NCBI GenBank assembly: GCA_030167865.1
Contig: JALAGF010000317.1
Span: 1 to 51,900 of the forward strand
DNA from: Craspedostauros australis
Taxonomy: Eukaryota
DNA length: 51,900 nucleotides
Reading direction: 5' to 3'
The notes below the pieces were generated by a model. The model searched no databases. It saw only the letters and a list, made by a program, of their open reading frames with translations, and was not told the origin of the DNA. The translations under genes and the position numbers were made by a program. Of the stretch, positions 35,536 through 45,297 are shown one piece after another. Each line of letters starts with the position of its first letter. The first letter of the stretch is position 1.

Positions 35536-38328
35536 CTATGGTTGGTTACTCGGAGAACAGGCACTCAACAAAGGGCCAGGACAATCACCGGCGCCACTGA
35601 TGGTGTATGTCATAGTGCCGCCACCGCCGCAATCGTCTTGTGTCAGACATGCTTCACATGATGAATCACCCACGCAGGCTCCCTCCTTGATGACAATGTC
35701 ATTGGTGATAGTTGCATTGTTGGCAAGATATTCGCACGCGCTTTCGCCATCGCAAGCACCCTGTTCAATGAGCAAGCTTCCTTCAGTTTTGCTTCCCGCA
35801 AATGCAGTCGCATGTACCCTCCAGCAAGCAAATTTTCCGTGGCATGCTCTCTCCCCAACTGAAATGTCTGCCACAGTCGGTGATGCTGTATCATCCTGTC
35901 TGTTGCGTCTGCCAAGAGCGACGCACGCACTCCTGCCATCGCAAGCCCCACTCTTAATTCTCACATTGCCAAAGATATTAAGGCCAAGGTTATAGCAACT
36001 GCTTGGCCTATGGCATGCCTTTGGTCCAATCACCCGGTACCCGATCTTGAAATCAGGGTGTGGGTCGTCGCTGAATCCGCCCAGTCCAGTACAGGCCCCG
36101 TCGCCGACGCAACTCTCGATGATGATGGTATCAGGGACCATCCTATCGCACAGGGCGCCATCCATACAGGAATTCTCACTGACTGTCATCACACCAGGAA
36201 AAAAAGTGCTGCAATCACCGAGGTCTGTGCAACAACCCGTGCTACAAGCCTCCCGTACTGGATCTTGACTCCCAGTGAACAGTTTTGTGCCTTTTGCCAC
36301 AGTTTTCACCAGCAACTCAGTCATGTCGCGGTCGTTCTTGATCTTGTCGAATCGGTCTTGAGCTTCTCCAATTGCCACGATCCCAGGAGTGTCATCATCA
36401 TCATTGCAACCAAAGATGCTCTTGATCATCCTATCTCCATTGCTAGGTAGACCTTCGACTGCGTCAACGAAATCCGCGCACGCACCATTGCCATCATCAC
36501 AGAGGACCTGATCAGATATCGTGTTGAAAGTCGATGTCACATTCCCCGGACCTTCGAGGCATCCAACCTCAAGTCTAGGCGTGGTGGTTGGCATGGTGCT
36601 TGGCGTCTGAGAACGCGAAGGAGACGAGCTTGGTCGATCAGTTGGCGTGGTGCTTGGCGCCTGAGAACGCGAAGGAGATGAGCTTGGTCGATCACTTGGC
36701 ATGGTGCTTGGCGTGGTGCTTGGCGCCTGAGAACGCGAAGGAGATGAGCTTGGTCGATCAGTTGGCATGTTGGTCGGAATGGGCGTAGGTTCGGACGACA
36801 CAGTGGGAAGTGGGGTCGGAAAGAAGGTAGGACACTCCGTTGGCAACGTGTCCTTACCAACGCAATACTTCTCCACCTTGTCACCCGTTGGAAGGAAGTT
36901 TGTGTCCCTGCCTCCCTTGGGACAGGCTCCCTCCGCATCACTGATCAGATACACCGCATCATGATCGCACTCCGACTTCGTCATGCATGCCCAACAGCTC
37001 TGATCACCGCCGCACCCACCAGGAGGGACGATGATATCCGTCTTCATCCTGTCACTGAAGCCCATCTGCTCGCATGACCCATCGGCGGCGCACCCACCGT
37101 CACCGATGGTCAGGCTTCCTTCACGCTTGCCAGCAGAACCGTGATTCACAGTGGAATGGGCATCCTTGCAGGCATTGCTGCCAACGCAAGCATTCGAGCC
37201 AATATCGATGTGGCTTCGATAGCGAAAGGATGATGCTGACTGTTTGACACGGCGGCCAGCTGAGTAGCATGCTTTGGGGCTGATGCATGCGCCAGTCTGG
37301 ATGGTCACATCACCGTGTGATCGATGTCCCACCCCCTCACAGGATTGCGTGTTGGTACATGCGCCTTCACCAACGAACGTCACTCCAGTGATGAAAGGAT
37401 TGATCTCGTTCTGATTCATGGATTCGCATGCACTCACGCCAGTGCAAGAGGCGTCCAGGATGAGAGGGTTCGGTCCCATGTCCTTGCATGCGCTGTCACC
37501 GACACACGCAGTGACGGCAACGGTCATGAATGGCGGATAGTTGGAGTTGGAAGCCGAAGCGGTGATTGAGGTGCATCCTGCCGCTCCTTGGCAGCATGGA
37601 TTGGCGGCGGGAGGAGACAGGGCCATTCCAATGGACATGCATGCCGCCTTCATCGCATCCGGTCGCTCAGTGACGAGGACAGTATTGGTGGTCGCCACCA
37701 GAGTGAGTTGCTCAGCAAGGATATCGCTGGTTGCGTACTTGTGGAAGAGCTTGCGCGCCGCGCCTTCTCCCAAGTTCCCCGCACATCCGAAGAAATTCTG
37801 GAGCGCTGTGGATTCCCTCACAGCGGTCACTGCCTCGCGGCATGATGGCTTGGCAGAGTTGCAGATGATGGTCTTGGGTTTGGTCTCTTCTGGTGTGAGA
37901 ATGGTGACGCCGTCAGGCCTGCAGACAACGGAGATGATGGAATCAAAGTCCATCGGGGGAGATGACGGAGATGATGTCGGCGGCGCGGTGGGTGCAGCCA
38001 TGGGAGGGGAGGTCAGGGAGCGTGTGGGATCGACGGTTGGATGGGCGCTTGGAATCCATGTGGGCGTGGTGGTGAGATCTGTAGCCTCCTTGGAAGTTGA
38101 AGGCATTTGTGATGGTGGAATGGAGGGTTCCAAGAAGCCGCTCTTGTTTGTTTTGGCTCCCTTGTTGTTGCCGGCGCCGAAAGCGGCCTTGAGGGTGCGA
38201 GTAGCTTGTAACGCCAGGTGCATCTCATCGACTGTGTCTGTGGTCTTCTCTCCAGAGAGGCGCGCTTCCACCATTGTCATGAAGGTGACAAGGAGAGTGG
38301 TGATGATGATTGTCTTGACGTTGATCAT
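35536..38328 (-). CDS. Secreted Cys-rich protein with Pro/Ser/Thr-rich linkers (cell-surface, adhesin- or mucin-like), single exon, 930 aa
   Basis: Signal peptide MINVKTIIITTLLVTFMTMVEA followed by an R.L pro-segment. Two related Cys-rich modules built of 'AC.G..AC' repeats are each preceded by a PST-rich stalk. Confidence 0.85.
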   Translation of the reverse strand: MINVKTIIITTLLVTFMTMVEARLSGEKTTDTVDEMHLALQATRTLKAAFGAGNNKGAKTNKSGFLEPSIPPSQMPSTSKEATDLTTTPTWIPSAHPTVDPTRSLTSPPMAAPTAPPTSSPSSPPMDFDSIISVVCRPDGVTILTPEETKPKTIICNSAKPSCREAVTAVRESTALQNFFGCAGNLGEGAARKLFHKYATSDILAEQLTLVATTNTVLVTERPDAMKAACMSIGMALSPPAANPCCQGAAGCTSITASASNSNYPPFMTVAVTACVGDSACKDMGPNPLILDASCTGVSACESMNQNEINPFITGVTFVGEGACTNTQSCEGVGHRSHGDVTIQTGACISPKACYSAGRRVKQSASSFRYRSHIDIGSNACVGSNACKDAHSTVNHGSAGKREGSLTIGDGGCAADGSCEQMGFSDRMKTDIIVPPGGCGGDQSCWACMTKSECDHDAVYLISDAEGACPKGGRDTNFLPTGDKVEKYCVGKDTLPTECPTFFPTPLPTVSSEPTPIPTNMPTDRPSSSPSRSQAPSTTPSTMPSDRPSSSPSRSQAPSTTPTDRPSSSPSRSQTPSTMPTTTPRLEVGCLEGPGNVTSTFNTISDQVLCDDGNGACADFVDAVEGLPSNGDRMIKSIFGCNDDDDTPGIVAIGEAQDRFDKIKNDRDMTELLVKTVAKGTKLFTGSQDPVREACSTGCCTDLGDCSTFFPGVMTVSENSCMDGALCDRMVPDTIIIESCVGDGACTGLGGFSDDPHPDFKIGYRVIGPKACHRPSSCYNLGLNIFGNVRIKSGACDGRSACVALGRRNRQDDTASPTVADISVGERACHGKFACWRVHATAFAGSKTEGSLLIEQGACDGESACEYLANNATITNDIVIKEGACVGDSSCEACLTQDDCGGGGTMTYTISGAGDCPGPLLSACSPSNQP
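36590..36770 (-). repeat. Coding tandem repeat, 3 copies of a 54-66 bp unit (PTDRPSSSPSRSQAPSTT)
   Basis: Three near-identical copies of tggcg(t/c)ctgagaacgcgaaggaga(c/t)gagcttggtcgatca on the + strand. Confidence 0.9.
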
Positions 38329-39214
38329 CTTGATTTTCGTGTTGGCTTATGTGATTGAGTGATGGAGAATGTTGTTGCTTTTCTTTCCTATTCGAATTGG
38401 AGTTTGTTGATATTGTGGGAAAGAGTAGTGGTAACAATCCTTTTGCCTCCAGTGTTCCCTCCAAACGATGCCAAAGGGCAAGACCTCGTCTGTTGAAGTA
38501 GTGCAGCCCATGTTTGGTTCTGTGTGTGATGCTGCCTCGTTCGTGCCATTCGGGCAAGCGAAGGATCCCTCTTTCATCCCTTGTTTCTGTTGACTCGTCT
38601 TTGCTCAGAAACGACCTGTGAATGCGATTGCCAACTGATGAGAGTATCACGCAGAATGAACCTGTGGCTGAAGAGGAACATACGTAGTCGTAAGGTATGT
38701 AGAACCTCATGTTTCGCATCACCTTGAATTGCACGCTGATCTCAACTGCGATTGAAGTCTGTGTGTATCTCCAAGTTGGAACCGAAGTACCAGAAATCAC
38801 CGACTGCTCTCCGCATGGAGGATGGATACGTTCGCATCGCGTTTTGATCATGTGCGATGTTGCCCATGATGTTGCTGAACCTTCGCCAAATCAAAATGAC
38901 ATGGGCCCACCCCAGCCCGTGCCCTTCTCTGTTCCTTCGCTCTTGCTTTTGATCTTGATTTCGATCTTGCCCTTGTCCCATGAGAGTCTCGATGTATCAT
39001 TGCAGACGCACTTCGCTTCACATTGGAGACCACCACACTATCTTGATTGCAGATGCCTGCCGAACACTTCAATGTGTGTGGTTGGCACAGGGGATTCTCA
39101 AGCGAAACGACATGGTTGTGGGAAAAGAAGAGAAGAAACGGAGTTGCGGTGATTGCGTATTTCTTTCGGATACTGAGATCATTCGATGCTGTCGTCTGTC
39201 TAGCTGAATGCGAC

Positions 39215-41058
39215 CTAGTGTCTTTTGGCTTGAGTGGAGGCCAATTTGTTGGTAACAATTGGTAACTAGTCGTATGAGTCAGTTTCGCTGTAGACGATGG
39301 TACAAGTTGTACGTCAGTCCCACACGAAGTGGCCCAAAACACACCACTTCTGCCGCAAACCTCCTCGGCAAGTCCATGCCGCTCCATTCATATGAGATCT
39401 CCTTTCGTGAGCACTCTCATGTGTGGCTTGTAATCATCATCTCCAACTTTGGTGGCAATTGGTTGGGTAGTTGTCGAGATATGCTTGTTTCTCTGGAGCA
39501 GGCACCCGTTGTTCCCATTCACGAATGCCCATCACCGCGATGTATAGTGGCGAATTTGTGTGTGCCCCAACGCGTGTTAACTCGCGGTTGGAATGATCAC
39601 AAATCAATGTAGCACCGACCGATGCGTTCCTCACCTGCTATGATCAGTTCCTTACATCCTGATATCATCCATTACGACTTCGTTCATCGTATTGCATTGT
39701 AGTTGATGATATGGTTGATAAGCTCTGCAATAGCGTTTCAGTTCTACTTCGGAATACCGTACACCAGCAACCATCTTGGCAACAGCAACTTGGATGCATG
39801 TGTATCGTTGCATCCATCCTATTTGGGAGAGCAATGATCCCTGGCTTTGCAGCAGCACACAAGAGCAGTCAAGAATAGAGCAGAGTACATTGTTTCACAC
39901 CAAAGAGTTTAATCCCGCCATGCTCTGACCACTCTTGATTGGATCTTCCACATCGCTGAGCATGTGCAACTGCGCCGCGCATAATTTCCACGCAATGTGC
40001 ATGCATTTTAGCATGTATCGCGTGCGCAATGTAGAGGCAAGTGTTCTATTGGCCATAGCGGCGCTGAAGATCAGTAAAGAACATCAGGTTTCCTTCACAG
40101 AACGGTTCGAATGCGGTTTGATAGAGCACGAACAGCGACTGCGTCAACAACTTCACCCATCGCATGAGCGTGAAATCAATGGCTAGTCTTTGCGAGGGTG
40201 TAGCAACCGGCGTCAATGAAGACGCTTGTGGCGCGTGAGTAGGAAGCGGTGTTTCCTCGCGAGGATAGGACGTGGTAAAGCGACGAAAAGAACTTGCAGT
40301 TGGTATATCTGTGGAGGAAGTGAAGGACGAAGACCAATACTACATGGGGAGGTAAAAGAGAGGATAATGCGTCTATTACAAGAAACGGCACGATGATCCG
40401 ACGTCAGGGCGATGCACAACCTTGCATAAAGTAAAGAGACTCATGCGAGCAAAACAGTTCGAATCAACAACACGTAAAAACGCACGATAATGTTTTGGCG
40501 CGAACTCTTGTGCGTTCACGGATTGATGATCATGGCTGTCACGAGCATTAGTGACTGACTTCAAACACCCAAAGCAACGCACAAAAGCACTCTGGGACAC
40601 TGACCAGCACACCAATCGAAGCAAAATGAAGCGAGGAATACAGCCATGCCATCCACTTGAGCAATAGACGAAACAGAATTGGATGCGGGTGTTTGGAAGG
40701 CCGTCGGTCGAGATTGGACGAAAAAGCAACAATGTTCTGTACCAGAACGTCGTAGACTCTACGCAGTCACCAATGGTTACCAACGAAAAAACCCGCAATC
40801 ACGTCCGTACGTCGTCCGTATGAAAAAGGCCGATAAAGGGTTAAAAGAGGCATCGAGATGAACAGGAAGCGGAGACCGTTTGCCGACAATGACCACATCA
40901 ACAGAGAGCTCTCACTCTCCTCTTTCTAATGATGTGAAGATGTCAGGCAACGGCCATCAACTCATCAAATGGCAGCTTGTGCCGTCGGCGATATGCCAAT
41001 GGTTACCAATAAATACCAAAAAGTGCCAAAAAACCGGAAATTAGCCAATGGCCACTAG
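39215..41058. mobile_element. Putative decayed non-autonomous DNA transposon with imperfect inverted ends
   Basis: The left end reads CTAGTG....TTGGCT...ATTTGTTGGTAACAATTGG. The reverse complement of the right end reads CTAGTG....TTGGCT...ATTTATTGGTAACCATTGG. No TSD and no transposase were seen. Confidence 0.35.
40770..40844. mobile_element. piggyBac-like terminal sequence (solo end)
   Basis: ...AAGGCCGATAAAGGG followed by TTAA (40841-40844), i.e. TTAA-CCCTTT on the minus strand. Subterminal direct repeats CGTCCGTA occur twice. No partner end was found in the window. Confidence 0.4.
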
Positions 41059-41114
41059 AGAGTGCTGGCTCGTACTGTTCCATCGAACATGGACACACTC
41101 GCGATGGGTCACGA

Positions 41115-42923
41115 TCAATTCCATCGTCGCCCACAGATGCAGGAGTTGTCCTGCCGCCGGTTCAGCCAACAGCAGGAGCAGACGCGCGAACGCAATCCCA
41201 CCTTGCTTGACGCACCTTTCGCGTTTGCCTGATCTGCGGGCACCGTGATGCTGTCCCCCCACGATCGTGCCCACATAATGTAGGCGAATCGATCGCCCTG
41301 CGTGATCTGCGTCACTTCATGCAGTTGCCGCCCTGCATGCACAATCGCGCGGCCGATCCGTGGGACGTATGCATCTTCTTCCGCGTGCGTGCGCTGACCA
41401 GCATGGCTGGTACCCCGCAGTCCGTAGAATTGCAATTTGCCGCCCGTGAATGCGGGGCTACCAACGCAAATGTTCAGCGTGACCTCGGCGTCATCCGTGT
41501 GAGGAACCAATCTCTGTCGCGGTTTGGTGCTGGTCGGGTCTGCGGAGTAGGCCGCGATGAACCCGTGCCTCCAATCCAAATCGCCCTGCGGGAGTTCCGT
41601 TTCGACGAAGAGATGCTGTGTCATGGGGCGCAGGATGAGATGGAACATCAAGTCGTTGAACCAGGATAGGCCCATGTCGTCGATGTTCGATCGTGCTGAC
41701 GATTGCAGCCGCGATGCGACACTGTCTTCTTCCAACAACGTCATGAATCTCTCCGCGTACTGCTGTAGCAGTGCGCAAAAGTGCTGCGACAGCAACGGGA
41801 ATGCGAAGACGTCCATCAATTCCTCGTCCAAGATATTGACCAACTGCGAGACGTCCAATTCGACGTCCATCTTGCCAGAGATGACATCTTCGATGGACGG
41901 AACGGAGCCGTTGCGTTTGACGTTGCGGTTGCGCCGGAACGTCTTGGACTGTTGGATGGCCTTGGCACAATCCGGATGCAGAATGTGTTGGAAGACATCA
42001 TCCCACGCCGTCGGCGGCTGAAGAATGTCGCGCAATGTCCACTTGGCATGCATGTTGCCGTCGCTGGAACTGGGGTTCGACTTGCTGCCATCCTCCGCCA
42101 ATATTTGCTGGTGCAACTGCTGCGTGATGCGCGCGGAAAACTGCTGCCTGATGGCGAGGCGTTCCTTTTGTTGCTGTACCTTGCGCAGCTGCTGCTGCAG
42201 AGCTGCTTCTAACGATTGGATATCTTCGGTGGACCACCTAAGGAGGTAGTTGGGGTAGCGGTCCAGACCCTCGAGGGCATGGAGCAGATGAGACTTGTGC
42301 GTGATTGGGTCATATCCAGTGGAATGTTTGGCGGTTGCTGTTGCTGTTGTGGTTGCTTTGTTGGCATCTTCTTGGGTCGATTTTCCGGACGGCACTGAAG
42401 CACGAAGGTGAGCATCACCGTCGAGAGGAGGGATGTAACGCTCCTTCTCGTTGATGGCTCCGCCACCGATAGTGGAGCGTCCGCCTTTCGCAGCGTCGGC
42501 AGCGCCAGCACCGTCCATTGTCGTATCTGAAAAGTACTTGGCCGCGGCGTCACTATGGCCGCCTCCCCCGCGCGAGATGAAAAGTATCGGTCGCTTTCGA
42601 ACCGCACACGCTGGATCAGATGCGTGGGGATCACACTTTTCCCGCGTTGCGCGATTTCGTCGCGATGACTCGCAAAGGTGCGCGTTTGAGAGTGGCTGAC
42701 TGTGAACTGTGCTCGATGTGGTTGCTGATGATGCTGCTGCAGGCGCGGGGGAGACCGAGATGGAAGGAACGATGAGATACACCAGCAGAAGCAGCACCAG
42801 CAGGGATGTTATCGTTGGTGGACGGAACCAAGCGTTGGGATGCAACATGAACGATGCAGCCTTGCTCGATGGGCTTGTCACTCGTGGCGTGACAGAGCGA
42901 GAAGTGATGAGTATGCGTGGCAT
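41115..42923 (-). CDS. 2-oxoglutarate/Fe(II)-dependent oxygenase (OGFOD2/PLOD C-terminal-like), single exon, 602 aa
   Basis: HxD...H...R motif: LVPHTDDAEVTLNICVG...FTGGKLQF...GRAIVHAGRQLHEV..ITQGDR. It also has an N-terminal hydrophobic segment and a coiled coil. Confidence 0.9.
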   Translation of the reverse strand: MPRILITSRSVTPRVTSPSSKAASFMLHPNAWFRPPTITSLLVLLLLVYLIVPSISVSPAPAAASSATTSSTVHSQPLSNAHLCESSRRNRATREKCDPHASDPACAVRKRPILFISRGGGGHSDAAAKYFSDTTMDGAGAADAAKGGRSTIGGGAINEKERYIPPLDGDAHLRASVPSGKSTQEDANKATTTATATAKHSTGYDPITHKSHLLHALEGLDRYPNYLLRWSTEDIQSLEAALQQQLRKVQQQKERLAIRQQFSARITQQLHQQILAEDGSKSNPSSSDGNMHAKWTLRDILQPPTAWDDVFQHILHPDCAKAIQQSKTFRRNRNVKRNGSVPSIEDVISGKMDVELDVSQLVNILDEELMDVFAFPLLSQHFCALLQQYAERFMTLLEEDSVASRLQSSARSNIDDMGLSWFNDLMFHLILRPMTQHLFVETELPQGDLDWRHGFIAAYSADPTSTKPRQRLVPHTDDAEVTLNICVGSPAFTGGKLQFYGLRGTSHAGQRTHAEEDAYVPRIGRAIVHAGRQLHEVTQITQGDRFAYIMWARSWGDSITVPADQANAKGASSKVGLRSRVCSCCWLNRRQDNSCICGRRWN

Positions 42924-43460
42924 GGAACGCGAAGATCGCTAAGGCACTTGAAGTACGAGTGTGGCAGGAGTGGATCGGAGTTTGCCAGCGTGAAGCAGGA
43001 AAGTGGATGACCTGGCGAGGGGTCGTGCTCCAGTTTCTTTCAGATCCGCAGCTACTTGTGGAGACACCAGCGATGACAGTTCGGAGGGACTGCTGCTTTC
43101 TGTGGATTTCCGTCACCTCCTGCATGTGGCGTACGCGATCAAAAGATACCAACATGCTCGCAGTCCTGTTCGAAGCTCCCATTCACGAATAATTCAGTGC
43201 TAACTCGATAAGGATAGAGGCAACTTCGACGTCTCGTTGGTCCAAGAGCTGCCAATCTGCACGTCCAAGCCATCACTTCAAGTACCATACATGTCTCAAT
43301 ATCTCCCATTAACATTATATACTATAAAAGTACAAGTAGAATACTGATGCATCTACTCTCCCAAGTTGTTCTCGATTGTTGCCACTTGGCCTCGCGCTTG
43401 CACTGGTCCTTTCCTCAAAGTGTGGCGTGGTTGTTCGGATTGCATAACATAAGAGTATCA

Positions 43461-45297
43461 TCACGACCGCGATTTCCTGCCACGCTTTGCCGGTGTCGAT
43501 TTCTTTGGTGCCGCTTTGTGCTTCGTGGTGGTGGATTTGCGTGCAGCGGTAGATCTTTTGCGTGTTGTCGCTGCTGGTTCTTCGTAGTCCTCTTCATCGT
43601 CCTCCGCCTCTTCGTCGCTATCGTGTTGAACTTCCACAACGTCATCGTCGTCGTCTTCCGTGTCTGGCTCAGCCATCGACTTGCGCTTCATTCCAGCACC
43701 TCGTGTTGACTTCCGTGGCGTTCGTTTCGTTGGCGAGGAGACATCATCATCATCATCATCGTTGCCGCCTTCGTCATTGCCTTCGAAGGCAGATCCGTCG
43801 CCGCTGTCGTCATCTTTGCTGTCCGCAATTTCGATCACATCGGTTTCCTTCTTGCGACTGCGACGCGGCGTCGATGCGGCTCGTTTGTTGGGCGTTGTCG
43901 TTGCAGTCACTTCCACGTGGGAAACAACTGAAGGAGATGCAACAGGAATTGTTCCATCAAGGTCGCCACATATGGCACCCGCAATGGGATTTGAAACCGC
44001 AACTGCCACCGCAACAGGGCCCGCTCCCTTGGCCGGTGTTACAGGAGCGCCCGCCTTGGCCTTGGCGGCTGCCTTGGCTTTGGAGGATGATGATCGTTTC
44101 GCACCCCAATCCTCGTTCTGTGCTTCAAAGTCGTTCGTCGATCCCTGCAGGAGAGTTCCGCTGAGCTGCTTCATGATGTCCTGGCCGTGGACGATCGGAA
44201 TGAATTCGTCCGTGATGGATTCCACCTTCATGTGCTTCAGGGGTGGATTCGCCTGCGACGATGCGACTTTGGATGGTGTGGATGCAGCCTTGGAGGCGGC
44301 GAAACCACAGGTCGCGGGAAAACCAATCACCATGATGGTTGGTCCAGATTGGATCGTGCCTGAGTACTGGGAGCCTTTCAGATCAAGGGTGACTGCGAGA
44401 GTTGAGACCGCATAGTGCAATGGAATGGAATGCAATGCGATACGATGATCATGCGAAGGTAGCGGACGGAGAACTGGCGTGAGAATGAGATGGAGCGAAC
44501 AATCAACTCAACTCCCAGCAATACCGCAAAAGCAAGCCCAGTAGCATAGCTCGATGCACAAAGCAAACAAACGACGGACGAATGGCGAGCATAGTCCCAG
44601 CGTGCGAGGACGTACCCATATCGTCCGAAAATGAAGGTGCCTCCCAACGCCCAATCGCACCAGATGCACCCTCAAAGTCCAATTGCGCCGCATCTGCTTC
44701 CGCGATCTGTATGAGGACCGTGCATTCCTTGGTCGATGGCATTCCCAAGGACGGTGGAATTTGGATGATGTAGCCATCGTCGTGGTCCTTGGACGGCGCT
44801 GCTTTGAGATTCGACTTGGCCGCTGCCTGCGCAGGTGTGGCACTGCTCGACACTTGATCAGCATCGGCCATCAGTTCGTTGGGGGTAGATGCGGCTGCCG
44901 AAGGCGCAGACAGAGGCGATGGAGATGATGATGGGATTTCCTCCACTTGATCTGTCGCATTGGCATCGTCGCGATTGTTCTCGTGGTCATCCTCATCGTC
45001 ACTGTGCTTGGCGTCAATGGTGGGCTTGGCCTTGCTGGCGCTACGTCGGCTGCTCGCAGGCTTCTTGGCGGCAGGCTTTGCCTTTGCTTTGGCCTTCGCC
45101 TTTGCTTTCGGCGTGGCCTTCCTGCCTCGTTTTGTTGCTTTTGCTGGACTTGATGTCACTGCCATGTCATCGTCATGGTCGCTGGCGTCATCTGCATCCA
45201 TGGCTTCATCGACATGGTCTTCATCGCTGTCATCGACGATATCGACTACGGGAGCCGACAAGCAGCTCCTCTTGGCTCGTCGAGTAGGACGCGGCAT
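43461..45297 (-). CDS. BIN4: BIN4-like DNA-binding protein (topoisomerase VI accessory subunit), 2 exons, 537 aa
   Basis: Exons 45297-44616 and 44392-43461 sum to 1614 nt. The core LDFEGASGAIGR...VTLDLKGSQYSGTIQSGPTIMVIGF...MKVESITDEFI parallels the plant BIN4 core as I recall it (DLSGDMGAVGR...LDLKG.IY...AKIEAIMNDFI). The flanks are acidic and basic with KRGRK motifs. Confidence 0.75.

Noticed and set aside
36590..36770. Possible CRISPR-like repeat array
   Set aside because: In-frame coding tandem repeats without unique spacers, in a eukaryotic gene.
40100..40470. GTTCGAAT T-loop-like strings suggesting tRNA
   Set aside because: No flanking stem or cloverleaf could be formed.
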